64,000 bases of DNA from Hydrolagus colliei (Eukaryota). The translations under genes were made by a program, and so were the position numbers. The stretch is taken from NCBI GenBank assembly GCA_035084275.1, contig CM068757.1, positions 9,858,001 to 9,922,000 of the forward strand. Direction: 5' to 3'. Shown in pieces: positions 35,846 to 48,265 of the stretch. The notes beneath the pieces are model-generated. The model worked only from the letters and a program-made list of their open reading frames with translations, was not told the origin of the DNA and did no database searches. Numbering within the stretch: the first letter of the stretch is position 1; each line of letters starts with the position of its first letter.

Positions 35846-35951
35846 CTTCATCCTCATCTTCCTGCTGTACTTTGAGGAGCGCCTCCCGGGAGTACATCGC
35901 TCTCCGCAGGTTCTTCCGTTCCAATGCAGTCTTGCTTTCAGCCACTGTCTC
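35846..35951 (-). CDS. ABCC8: SUR1 exon 24: ETVAESKTALERKNLRRAMYSRE...EDEDE
   Basis: 106 nt, AG/GTAAAA. Confidence 0.93.
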
Positions 35952-36379
35952 CTGCAGAATATGAGGCGAACTTTATCTTTCTTGCACATGGGTTGATGTC
36001 GTGGGGCAAAATTCAGAAGATGCCATTGAGAGTCATAAGAGCCTATCAGTCTCTCACCCTACCCCCACCCCCACCCCCAAATGATTAAATTGCAGTTTTA
36101 AATGGTCAGATTCTTCAAGAGCATCAAGACACATTAAGGTGGAATTTCTCTGATACATAATAGAAACAGTAAACAGCAAAAATGTGGATACAGTTTATCA
36201 CATCTTTTCACAAGTTACTTGGCCATTTGTCATCTTATATAAACATTCTTCACCCAAGTTTCTCTCATGTGCTGAGCTCCCTGTCACTAATCATACCCAT
36301 TTGATAATTAATTTCTGACCAATTTTATAAACCATGTGTGATATCAGACCAATCTCTGTGATTGCGAAGCCTTAAGAAC

Positions 36380-36505
36380 CTTTTCCAGTTGTTGATCCTG
36401 GCGGTTCATTAGGGTTTTCCAGTGCTCGAAGAGTTCTGGATCGGAATTCTGAATGTCCTTGAGGGTACCCTCTCGTTGAATGGTCCCATCCTTCATTGCA
36501 ATGAT
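36380..36505 (-). CDS. ABCC8: SUR1 exon 23: [13 protein letters not shown]...QQLEK
   Basis: 126 nt; weak donor AAG/GTTCTT. Confidence 0.9.
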
Positions 36506-36943
36506 CTGTGAGGAATAGATCATCACAGTGTTAGCATCGATTGGGCTACTAAAATGCAGTGGATGGGGTAAACACACTGGAGAATTAATATACAAAACAA
36601 AGTATCAAATTTACCAATTTACAGTATTGAACATTATTCAGATTTCATGTTAACATTTCATGTTTGCTTCAATATTACCAGTTAGGTTGGGTTTTTCAAG
36701 CAAGAAAAAAGATTTCAGAGTGGACTTTAAGATGGTACTTTCAGTTAGTCTGAAAATTCCATTTAGCCGTAGGCGATTCAGCCACTATTGGGATCTCTAT
36801 TTCCCCATGCCCCCAATAGCCTGTTCTACCAATTTTGTAGATCATGTTAGATCTAAGGGATAGCTTTTCCACGCTTGGATTTGCTATAAACAACTCCTCA
36901 TTGCAAAACCAGAAGCAAGCAACAACGGCTGGAGATGCCTCAC

Positions 36944-37081
36944 CCAGTCAGCATGGGGCAGGTACTGTAACTTGTGGGTGACCAGCACCACAGTCCGCTT
37001 CTCCTCCCGCAGCAATTTGAGGATTCCATCCTGCATCAGGTGGTCGCTCAGATGGACATCCAGGGCTGAGAATGGATCATC
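36944..37081 (-). CDS. ABCC8: SUR1 exon 22: DDPFSALD...HADW
   Basis: 138 nt, AG/GTGAGG. Confidence 0.95.
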
Positions 37082-38233
37082 CTAAAAACATCAACAACAT
37101 CACTTCACATTTATCATCCGGTCAGCAAGTGGAAACCTTTTTGGTCAAACAGGTACATACAAATCCCATCACAAGAATCCAGGCCAGCCTGAAAGTTCCA
37201 CATGAGTACTGTACTCCATCTGCACGTGAAAATATCCCTGTGACTGTGAATGAAATGCGCCATCTCTAATTTGAGGGATGCACCCAGCTAGCCTGATTCT
37301 GGAGAGTATTAGGTACAGCTTGGTGAGATCTTGAGATATCAGAGCTTGAGTTGGGGTACTGTTGGACTTTAAGCTATTAATACCACATAGCTTGCCATTG
37401 AGAGCATTGTCTGGCAAGATTCCTGCTACTTATCCCCCTTGGACCTTTAAGACTTAGGCTGATAGGGTTAACAGGAGCTACTCCCTCCTGGCCACATTGA
37501 CTGTTCTGTCATCAATAATGCGCTGGAGTATTGTGAACCTGCCTGGCGCAGGAACTGGGCTCCAATAATCATTGCAAAGGGTTGACTATTCTAAGATTCT
37601 GTTGCAAAGCAAATCAACTTGGAGCCAGCTCAGTTCTGAGGAGACCCTGCTTAGCTCCCCCCACCACCCCAAGGAGGATAGGATATGGAATGAATGTCAT
37701 TCTCATCAAAACAGAACAAAACTCTATCTCTTTTGAATTTAAGTCCCGTAGCACAGTGATTAGAGCACTCGCCTTACAATTGAGAGACCCAGGTTCCATT
37801 CCAGGCAGTGGGAAATGTTAGGCAAGTATCCTTACTTCACAAGCCTAATAGTACTCCCTCAAAAAAAACAATAATAATTTGGTTACTCAGTCCACGAGTG
37901 TTTGTGTAACACTGCTGTGTGTAATTGGCTGCGGCATTTCACCCACAAATATAGTAAATTCATTTTACAGTATATTCTGTTTAGTGCTTTGAGACATCTG
38001 GAAGATGTGATAAGGTGCTATATAAAATTTAAGGATTATTATTATTATTATCATCATCATCAATATTGGCTTGGACCAGGTGAAATTTCAGGTCTGTGCA
38101 GCAAAATTTGACAGGAAATTTATGCTTGGATTCAGAAATCTTTTGATGCATCAATCTTGTACAATATTTTCTGAGAGGAAATGAAAACAAATGTAAAGAG
38201 AAACCCCACTGAGTACAGATGGTCTGTACCTAC

Positions 38234-38314
38234 CAGAAATACCACATTTGTCTGCGGGTACAACGATCTCGCCACACTGATGCGTTGGCGCTGCCCACCG
38301 CTCAGATTGATGCC
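38234..38314 (-). CDS. ABCC8: SUR1 exon 21: NBD1 signature LSGGQ ... VVFL
   Basis: 81 nt, AG/GTAGGT. Confidence 0.95.
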
Positions 38315-39004
38315 CTGGGGAGGGTCAGATGAACAAAGTCAGAGAAACAAGGCAACCTCAACCAGAGCAAAGAGCTCTACAGCTCAAAGCTTATTGATTA
38401 CTCCCATCGTGTTTTCACTCAGTGTGCAGCTGTTGCCAGCAAAGATAATCAAATACTTCTCAGGGTATCTGTGTTCAAGTCAAACAAGCTTTTGAAGTTC
38501 AATCTTGTCTGAATCAATGGTGAGCTGATGATTGCAGTCATGAATGCAATTTTGGCGCTTGATATTTAGAATGATTGTTGAAAAAAGAATGATTGTTGAT
38601 GCATTGAACAGGGTAAGGAAGGATAAAGGAGGAGGATTCCTCATAATCAAGGTCCTGGCTGCCTATTCAGGTGGATGTTAAATAACACCCATGGCATTAA
38701 TTCTACAAAAAGAGAAGGGAGTTTCACCCAGTGACCTGGGCAACAATCTCCCAGATAGAACTGGTGAATCGATCACTTCATGGCTGCTTGTGGGACATTG
38801 CTGTGTGTAAATTGGTTGTCCCCTTCATCTACAAATAAACAGCACATACAACATAAATTGTCCCATTTTCACTGTGATGGCTCTCTGTACAAGCTATCTG
38901 CTTAGCATAAAAGGGGAAAAGCAAGGGTTACAATATATGATTCCTTTCTAACCCTAAATTCTCATTGAATGGTCAGAAGGGCCCAAATTGAAAATTCCAC
39001 TGAC

Positions 39005-39089
39005 CCTCTCTCCAATCAGGGTCTGATCTCCCTGAGGAAGGATGTCGATGTCTGGCTCCAGTGAACAAGCATCAATAACGGTCTTGTAC
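39005..39089 (-). CDS. ABCC8: SUR1 exon 20: [13 protein letters not shown]...IGER
   Basis: 85 nt, AG/GTCAGT. Confidence 0.95.
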
Positions 39090-41128
39090 CTGCGGAGAGA
39101 AGAGCAGGGTCAACTAGGGTCACTGTCAATGCTACACACCACTACATTAACTGCCAATTGATTCAGAGTTAGTTAAACAGAAACTGGAACGTAAGGCAAA
39201 AATCCTGCTTGGCTTTAACCAACACACAGATGGGATCCTAGAGACATGCCGTATGTTGTCTCTTCTATTGCTTTGCTAATGGGGGTAATGAGCCAAACTT
39301 GATTTCCACAAATTTGCACATTTTAGCAAACTAGCGTTTAACCCAGTTGAAATGGCCAAACAGTATCACAAGACATGGTTTTATTTATGGTTTTGTTCTA
39401 AAGATAAGAGCTGACACATAATGCTGATTGATTGCACTGCTTTGTGCCTGACAATAGTGGAGTGCTTTCAGAATCACAAGGTGGACAAAATAAAGAGCTC
39501 CTTTACACTACCTGCAACCGGGCTCAATCCCACTCTATACCTGCTCAGTCAATGGAACACACCAATTATACAGATGACTCTGAGGATTAATAACAGAATC
39601 AGCTCTGGCACAGTTGCATTCTGAGGCCATGCAATTCTTTGAGAAAGACCTTTATCAGGACCAATCCATCTAGAGCTCGCAAGTAGCAGTAGTTTTATTT
39701 TTATTCCAAAAATATTAATAATTTTGTCACTCAATCCATGACCAATTGTGGGACACTGCTGTGCACGATTGGCTGCTGTGTTTCACCCACAAATTATACA
39801 GCCAATTCACTTCACTATATATTCTGTGAAGTGTTTTGAGGCACCGCAACGATGAGGTAAAGTGCAACCTCAAATGCAAGCATTATTATTATATCGATAT
39901 CCAGAATCGCTCAGTCCACATACACTAAGTGGGTCTACAATCAGCTTCAACACTCAGCAGTGGAGCATCAGACCTGACCTTGGTGCACCTGACTGCAAAG
40001 CACCAGATTGTGCAAAGGTACGCTCCTCCACCTCCTCCCTGTACACTTCTCTGGGGGAAATAGATCACTTACTGTATGATGCACAGCAGGCAAAACCCAA
40101 AACACCATCTGCTGTGCTCAGAGCCTCCTGATTAAAGCATTGCCATTTCATCCTAAGAAGATTGCTCTGCAAACCATTAAACTGCTGAAAATATTGACAG
40201 AGAGCCTCAAACACTATGGTGCTACTGGGCTACCTGTACTCTGGGCCATTTATACAATGCACACAATGCTCAGTGCATCTATATGGTGTAAATTAGACTT
40301 TTATGCTTGGATTCATTCTGCAAATGACATAATAAAGTGAATGTGTTGATAACTCAGGAAAAACCAATAAATAGTAGGTGATGCAAGGGAAATATGTTAA
40401 ACTCTGTCCTCAGTATCAGACAAAGTCCTTTTGTTTCTTTACTTCGAAGATCCCATCACACTTTTCGTAGAATTGCGTAAACTAATATGGCCAAGGAACA
40501 GGGCATTTTGCCAAACTAGTCCATAACAGTCTCCAAATGAGCCTTTCCATTCCCCATCCTATTCAAAAAGAAAAGGGAGTCTCTCCTAGTTCTCTGGCCA
40601 ACAATTCCACAGATAAATTATCATTAAATACGGCTGAAGGATAGTCAAACCTTGTTAGCTGTTACTCTTGCCCCTTTTGCTTAGATCAGGGTGATCCAAT
40701 AGGCAGTCTGCGGGTTAAATTCATCGGCTCCCTCCTCCCACGCCAATTCACCTTGTCCACATACCCACTCCATAAACCGTAAAAGTTAGGTTTCTGGAAG
40801 GGACACCTACCAATGTTTCCCAAATAGGGCATCCTGCCCTCAGCAGCCAAAAGGTTGGATCACCTTGGGTTAGACCAAAGCTCCCAGAACCCAATGTCTG
40901 TTTCAGTTGCCAGCTGCATTATTCGGTGCTTTGTGAAGCTGAAGAGTACTACCAGTGTGGGACACCCATCATCTCTTAAAAGCAGCGAGTTTGAACTTGC
41001 TCTATCGCACCCCATATTCTGGTGGAACCCAGTGAGCCAGGCTGAAACCTGATATACATCAGATACACATACAACTGTTCATCCACACCTACCCCACCCC
41101 ACTCACATTTTGTATGGCTCACACTTAC

Positions 41129-41227
41129 CTTTGTTTGTTAAAAGGGTTTCCAAAAGTAATGTTCTCTTCTACTGTCGTATTCATTAGCCAGGGCTTCTGT
41201 GCAGCATAGGCTACTGAGCACTTCCTT
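41129..41227 (-). CDS. ABCC8: SUR1 exon 19: [13 protein letters not shown]...FNKQ
   Basis: 99 nt, AG/GTAAGT. Confidence 0.95.
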
Positions 41228-41881
41228 CTGAGAGATAGCAAAAAATAGATTTTTTTTAAACAAAAGTCTTGCTATTTGAGCCAAAGTGCTATGATTGTTA
41301 TTGTGAACCAGTCATCTCAAGGTATCAAAACTCTGGCTCTCACTCATTCCATACCAGGGTCTGAAGGCATTGGAGTTCTTTTAATCCCATTTCGCTGCAT
41401 TTTCCTCATCTCTCTTGAATAGCCCTACTTTCCAAGTACATTTCTGCCTTATGGCCAACTGGAGTCTGTATTCCATATGCTCACAATCCTCTGCATGAAG
41501 AAGTGTTTTCAAATTGGCCATCAAACTTGATATCAGTGGTAATTTTCACATCTCTGCGCTTCCCCCAGACTTCCACAGTAAAAATGATTAAATCAATACC
41601 GACCATTTTGAGTTACAATTATTCGATGCACAAAGAATGAGCTTGGGAGGGTGGCAATCGCACAAAAGCACATATACAACGTACACCAGGAGCAGTGATG
41701 TAATGCAGAAATATCAGCAATAAGATGGGAGAGAGGGAGTAGGTGGAATGACACTGAAAGCTAGCACAGCCTGGGAAGCACGCTGAGAGAAAATATTGTT
41801 TACTATCTGCAATCACCAAACACCACTAGGGAGGAACTGGGGAAAAAATAATGCTTGCCCTTTGAGTGGGAAAAGGTATAC

Positions 41882-41914
41882 CTCACATCAACAGCTGTGT
41901 CCTGCTCGGTATTG
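41882..41914 (-). CDS. ABCC8: SUR1 microexon 18: (S)NTEQDTAVDV(R)
   Basis: 33 nt, phase 2-2, polypyrimidine tract plus ttgcAG, donor GTATAC; resembles human PERETATDLDIR. Confidence 0.75.
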
Positions 41915-42000
41915 CTGCAATATGTTAAACAGAGAGAGGATAAGGTATTAAACAGCCCTAGCCAAGCAACGATTACTGCAGTCAAACTCTCTTAAAAGTA

Positions 42001-42218
42001 GAAATCGCTGGGAACACTCAGCAGGTCAGGCAGCACCTATGGAGAAAGGAAAATGAGTCAATGTTTCAAGTCCAGGATACTTAGTTAGAACAGGTCATGG
42101 ACCCGAAACGTTGACTAATTTTTCCTTTCTCTATAGATGTTGCCTGACCTGCTGAGTGTTCCCAGCGATTTCTGTTTTGTGTTTCAGATTTCCAGCATCT
42201 GCAGCATTGTGCATTTCC
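42001..42218 (+). mobile_element. Palindromic short element, copy 2 (longest)
   Basis: About 74-bp imperfect arms (42000-42073 and 42099-42173). TSD ctcttaaaagta at 41989-42000 and 42219-42230. Confidence 0.85.
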
Positions 42219-42937
42219 CTCTTAAAAGTAATAAGTGTTAAAGACCAATGTGCTTCAAGGTATCGATGTCAGGTGCAGCAGTGAAGTGTCATTGAAATGT
42301 TGTATCCAAACAGTTATCCTTTTCAGATACAAGCTGACCTACAGCATATTTTCAGTCCGTCAGACCTTATATCCTCAGCATCTAGGCCTTTCCCTTCACT
42401 TCTATAGAACCGCAGAACTTACAGGCAGAATAAGTCCATTTGGCCCACTGTGTCCACCCTGACTTTAAAAAACGCAATCAATTCAGTCTCATTGACCTTC
42501 TCCCACCTATACCACTATAAATTATTCCTTTTAATCTATTTACCTAGTTCCCTCTTTGGCCCTCAAAGCAGTCAACCACTTTACAGTATATCCTGTGAAA
42601 CCTTTGAGACGATGTTTTGATGTGAAAGATGCAAGATTAAATCCAAGATTTATCCAAGTTATTAAAACAAATTCCAGCTTGTTGTTCATAATATCTTGAA
42701 TCAAAATTATTTCCAAAGACTTTCTCTGCCTGAATTTACAAGGATTCAGACACAAAAGTTCAGCTCATTATAACTCACACTGGCATTGTAAAACACGTAA
42801 TCGCTGTATTCAGGGAAGAGATATTGGTTAAACTTTAAAAAAAAATGCAAAGCCTTTAACACAGCCATGTAAGTGCTCGTGTAAAACTAAAGGAAACCAA
42901 ATAGGCATAGCATAATAAACCAGACTAGACCCTATAC

Positions 42938-42973
42938 CTGCCATCGTTGTCCGCAGTCTCTCTGTCAGGAATG
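42938..42973 (-). CDS. ABCC8: SUR1 microexon 17: (S)IPDRETADNDG(S)
   Basis: 36 nt, phase 2-2, tttctgcAG and GTATAG; start resembles human SLPDSE. Confidence 0.8.
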
Positions 42974-43511
42974 CTGCAGAAACACAAATGAGTCTAAGTC
43001 AGAGAATGCAACATTAAGGTCTTAGAAGTGGAATTGGGGTTTTTATACATATAGTGTGATAGTGAGATGATAGCAAGAGTTCTAAGATTGATAACATGCT
43101 GGGATTGTTATATTTGTTGTTCAGCCAGGACTCTGATACATGCAGAAACCCAGCACTGAGTTAGTCTCACACCCAGACAGATGTGTATGTCACTACATAT
43201 CAAAATTATTGTGCGGCTGGAATGGCTTGTGCACTCTCTCCTTGAGAACTGCAGATCTACCAAGCTCAGGAACTGAACTACACTGGTTCCAACTCAACTC
43301 CATAGAGAATTTGGCCATGCCCACCACACATGCCCAAGGAGGACAGTCACTGGGTGGGGTTACAGTAATCATGTCATTAGTATATTGAAAGAAAGAGTGA
43401 ATAGTGAACACTTTGTGATCTAGGAAGCAATGAGTGAGGTTTTTCATTACTGTATCTACAACTAAAATTGACTGAATTGCATGCCTATATATTATTCTGC
43501 AGGATAGATAC

Positions 43512-43617
43512 CTGTTCCAGCAGACATTTCCGGATTTTTTTTGCATTTCACCAAGAGTTGCCAAGAGGAGGGAGGATTTGCCACATCCAACCTGGCCGAC
43601 TATCATGGTCAACTGTC
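43512..43617 (-). CDS. ABCC8: SUR1 exon 16: NBD1 Walker A GQVGCGKS
   Basis: 106 nt, AG/GTATCT. Confidence 0.95.
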
Positions 43618-43959
43618 CTAGAGAAGGAACATACATTTCAGGTTCACATTAACTGTGTGCACACCATCACTTCACCATTCAGATCTGAACCACAGGTCTC
43701 TGTGGAGGGAAATTCTACCTGGATCTAGTTCATCTACAAATACACAATACCTATATTTGATAGTAATTCCTGTGAAGCACTTTAATATGTTTCAATTATG
43801 TGATAAGGCATTATATATCAAATGCAAGGATTATTGTATTATTACTGTATTACAGTATTACCCATTTATTTAGCATTTCAGTGCATCTAGGTTTTAGCAA
43901 ATTATAGAAAGAACTCACAGAAAACGGGCATTACAAACGGGAGTTGTTCGCTGACCTAC

Positions 43960-44035
43960 CTTGAGGGATCTTGATGTCAATGTTCGACAGAGTGGGTGCC
44001 CCATCAGTTGTCCAGGTAAAATACCCACTGGTCAC
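43960..44035 (-). CDS. ABCC8: SUR1 exon 15: [25 protein letters not shown]
   Basis: 76 nt, AG/GTAGGT. Confidence 0.95.
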
Positions 44036-44704
44036 CTGTATTTGTATGGTAAGTTATTAGGTAAAATGCATTTCAGAGATCTTGTTTTCCCAGAAGTTTC
44101 CCAGCCACACTGCTTCCTACACACCAAAGAACCTTTCCTTAACAATGAAGCGTTTACTTTGGTATTCTGCATTCGGCCTCTTTAAATACACATTGTCCTT
44201 TCACTGAGCAAAACATTGAGAGCAAAACTGGGTAGACATTAGTTTTGTCTGATGCATTTAAAGCAGGTATCACGGGTAGAAATGTCTAACACCAAGAAAA
44301 GTTCATCACTTCCTGCAAGGCAATTTATTCATCCCCCTCATGTAAAACAGAATGCAGACTTTACATGTTGTGCTTTCTTAAATTCACAAGCACATTCGAT
44401 TTTTAAGTGGTCATCAGATGCTTTGCAGCTACTCTGATGCCATAAGTCTAATTGTGTCTAGCAAAGTGAGCCATTATCACTGATTACAGTCTAACGACCA
44501 ATTTTGCTAGGGATCAAGCAGAGAGTAAGAGTCAATAATCAGCTTCACTCTGGCTTAGTTGGTAGCACTTGTGCGTCTACATCAGAAGGTTGTAGAATCA
44601 AGCCCCACATTGGGGATTTTCAGCTCATAATCTAAAACAGTGCTGAAAGTGCCATCCTATGAATGAGATGTATTCAAACTGAGGACTCCATGCTAAGATC
44701 CCAC

Positions 44705-45343
44705 AATACTCAATTTAACCACCCCGGTTCCCGGACCGTGGCCACTGATTTGGCGGGTCCCAAACAACATTTTCATGGTCCTAACGTGACCACTCTGGCC
44801 AATCAGGCTGCGGCATGACGTCACCGAGACAAGATGGCAGCGCGGATTTGAAGAGGTCACGTGAGCGGCCGCTTTGTTAGTAAAAAAGAGAAGCTGCAGG
44901 TAACGGAACTTGAGTTCCGGCCTCGAGTATTCCCACTCACCAGCTGCGAGACATCTCCTCCGAGTATCCCCCTCCCCCCCGGTCTTGAGTATCCCCACTC
45001 CCCGGTCTCAAGTATACTCCCTCCCTCGCCGGCCTCATGTATTTCCCCCTCCCCCGAGACTCCCCGGCCTCGAGTAATTGGAATTGAAAGGATTAGCTGA
45101 GGATAAGATCGGCCATGATTTAGTTAAATGACAGAATGGCCTATTCCTGTTGCTATTGGTATTCTTTCTCCCCACCCCCCAGCCTCACGTACCCCCCTCC
45201 CCGGCCTCTCCGACTTGCATGGACGGTAGCCAATAGTTTAATCTTCCATCCAGCAGAATCAACACCTCACTTACGTGACCACCCCACCAATGCGACCACC
45301 TGGTCGTGGTCCCGTGGGTGGTCGTGTTACCGAGGTTCTACTG
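44705..45343. mobile_element. Probable pogo/Tigger-like non-autonomous element carrying a CpG-rich cassette
   Basis: Right end reads TA-CAGTAGAACCTCGGTAACACGACCACC on the minus strand (TA at 45344-45345). Left terminus only degenerate. Confidence 0.45.
44795..44905 (+). promoter_or_regulatory. Promoter-like motif cluster (CCAAT, CRE, YY1, E-box)
   Basis: CCAAT 44799-44803, TGACGTCA 44816-44823, CAAGATGGC 44830-44838, GTCACGTGA 44856-44864, CAG/GTAAC at 44900. Confidence 0.5.
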
Positions 45344-46130
45344 TATTTGCTGGCATTGTTGTGTACAAAAATACTGTATATACTGTATATATCCTGTGAA
45401 ACGCTTTTGAGAATGTGATATGGCACTATGCCAAATGCAAGGATTATTATTATATCTACACAGTCATGACTACACTGTATAGAAAACTCTTGGATTCACT
45501 TGAACAGCTTTCAACATTGTGGGAACATAGGATGATTGTAATACAGTATTTAACAACACTTGATTTGCTTTCCTTCTGACTTTCCATTGAGCCCAATAGT
45601 TAGTTACCTGCCTGCAAACGATCAAACCCCATTTCCTCCTCCCCTCTGGTGGCCACAGTTTAAACTGCAACTCGGGGGCAAAATATGTATTGCCCGCAAG
45701 GACAAGGACCTTTGAACCGGCTTCCTCACAGTTCCAAGTTACACATTCCCTGTGTGACCAGATAACACATAGCTCTGTTCTATATAATACATATTAAAGT
45801 ATTAGCCAGATCCCCAGTATGACTTAATTTTCACAGACTATATATATCTTTATTTTTTAAAAACCCATCAGATTAATATATCTTGTCAGCGGCTATCTCC
45901 TATCGTGGTTTCCAAATCTAACCTATTTTGATGCCCGCCACTTTAGAAAGTGAACAGCGACACTCTCCTTCCTTGTTGTCATGTGTCTCAAATATTCTCT
46001 GACTACAGAGAGCCCCGAGATAGTGTGAACACTGATGGTGCTTTTGTTTCAGAAATAGGCAACTTTCAAATATTCATCAACCACAAAGGAAATTACTGTA
46101 AAAGTAGATAGAATTGTCCATGAGTTTCAC

Positions 46131-46241
46131 CTTGATACAAACATCATCTCCTTCTGTGCTGAGTATTTGTTGCCTGGGCTGAGATTCGTAATTTTGCCAT
46201 TCCTCTCTGGTGGGCCGTTTGCGGTTAATAACTTTAAGGGG
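46131..46241 (-). CDS. ABCC8: SUR1 exon 14: PLKVINRKRP...DVCIK (RKR motif at 46215-46223)
   Basis: 111 nt, AG/GTGAAA. Confidence 0.93.
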
Positions 46242-46509
46242 CTGTGCAGGAGTGAGTGGAAAACGGAAGGGTAAGAAGTCATTGCAAGAGAAGTGCAAAT
46301 TAAACATACACACACACATCAAAGCTTCAGTTCTACATTACACATTCCTTACAGAGTGTGCTTTGCAGTATCGATGCTATTAATATTGGAAATTACTGTG
46401 ATTGAATTTCAGCTACTGGGAGACTATTCTACAACAGACTGGGAAGATTCTGGAAATGACAAAGACAGCTGGGACATGCAGCATGCCTGATTCGCTGCTC
46501 TGTACTCAC

Positions 46510-46615
46510 TATGGCTTGGTACATGCTGTTGCTTTCAACGTTGAGTTGCACAGTGGCTCGGTCGTGGTCTTCTCCAATCTCTTCACTGGAAAAGAATTCG
46601 CTGAGCTTCTGCACG
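46510..46615 (-). CDS. ABCC8: SUR1 exon 13: VQKLSEFFSSEEI...MYQAI
   Basis: 106 nt, AG/GTGAGT. Confidence 0.95.
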
Positions 46616-48119
46616 CTGACGGGAAGACAGACAAGAGGGAATTAGTGCATTCCAGCACATTGGGAAGATTTTTTTTTTTTTAGAGGTTTCCTACTGTTTA
46701 AAATGTTTTGCCAGCATTAACTGACAAGTGTAGCGTCTGGTTTTGTGGGCAAACACAGATAGACAGATGTTTGTACAACCAGGTCCCATAAATCGCCGAA
46801 TGATCATAGATCCGTTTGATCAACTTATCAGGAAACCAGGCGAAACCCTCCCCTTTTCAAATGTTACGTTAATACCCAGGCAAGAGGGGAATGGGTTTAA
46901 AGCCTTCACTGAAAAATGGCAACTCAAACAATGTAGAGCTCCCCCAGCACTGCACCAGAATGCAAGTTGAAAGTCTCAATATCGAATAACCTCAGGCACA
47001 TACTTTTATTATAAACAACCAAATCAATGTTAATTATTTTTCTGTAAATCAACAGTTGTATGCTGAATTTCAATTAATCTCATTTCATATTAAGGACTTG
47101 AGCAGTACAATCCTATGTGAATTCCCATTGTTCAGTGTTTCATTAAGCAGACTTGCTGTTGTGCAATTAAAGTGATGAGCGGAGCATGGGTGGAAGAACA
47201 TCCATTTTATATATTAATCCTTGTATTTTATAGTGTTTTTCACGTCAGGAGAGCTTCACAGGATTTATTATAAAGTGTGGTGACTATATATTTTGTAAGC
47301 AAAATATCAACCAGAAGGGTAGAGAAGCAAATGGTTTATTACGTATCATCTATTTCTGAAAGCAATAATCTTTCAGAAATAGTTTTGTAACAATATTCAT
47401 ATCTATACCAGGAATGTTGTTTGAGGCCAGGACATTGGACTAGTTAAAAAATAAAAGCCTGATGCTGAGATGGGAGAATGGGTGTTTGAGAAGGATTAGC
47501 CAGATTAGCCAAAGAGTCTTCTTCTGCAAAATCTCTCCTGTGTATGTAACTGAAGGAGAGTGGTATAAAAGGCTGCTGCTATCAGATGTGCATGTGAATG
47601 CAGCAAGGAGTTATAAATGCACAGAAATAACCAACTGTGGACAGACCAAAGGCACTGGCTGCATACAATTACAGTGGAAGTCTTATAACTACTGTTCCTT
47701 AGTGGAACATCAACCAGGTGGAAAACTGGGTCGCCGTCCGAGGTCGCCTTTAGTGGCTCATGTACTGCTCAAAATATTGGACTAAAGCTAAGCTGCATCT
47801 TGAAAAGGGGTCAAAAGTGAAAATGAGAGGTCAGTCAGGGGTAAAACGGGAGTCAAAGCCATCAATAATATCCAAAAATGTATAATTTCTCCAAATGTTC
47901 AATATTTCACCCAAAAGTGTTTAGTCAATTCGTCTTATACAGTATATTCTGTGAAGCACTTTGAGACATCTTGAAGACGTGATAAGGCGCTATATCAAAT
48001 GCAAGGATTATTATAATTATTGATAGTGGTGGACTCCCATAGAGACTGCTCAGCCTCACCTCGCTTGTGTAGAAAGATGTGTTGCAGTATATAATGAAAC
48101 TGATCAAGCAATGTATTAC

Positions 48120-48265
48120 CTGACGACGGCCTTGACGGTGGAGCGCACCACACTGGACAGCAGGAAGAGAGGTGTGATGAGGATGTGGAAGAGAGAGAGG
48201 GAGGCAAAGGCCACAGCTGGTGAGAGGTCAGCGTCCTCATGCACGTGGGTGTGAACTACGAACGT
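48120..48265 (-). CDS. ABCC8: SUR1 exon 12: TFVVHTHV...STVKAVV
   Basis: 146 nt, AG/GTAATA. Confidence 0.95.

Noticed and set aside
40440-41040. Possible L1/Tx1-type LINE remnant
   Set aside because: Only vague similarity; no convincing motif, so left unannotated.
41871-41881. U12-like donors GTATACCTTTT (intron 18) and GTATCTATCCT (intron 16)
   Set aside because: Neither matches RTATCCTT, and no TCCTTAAC branch point was seen near the intron 18 acceptor.
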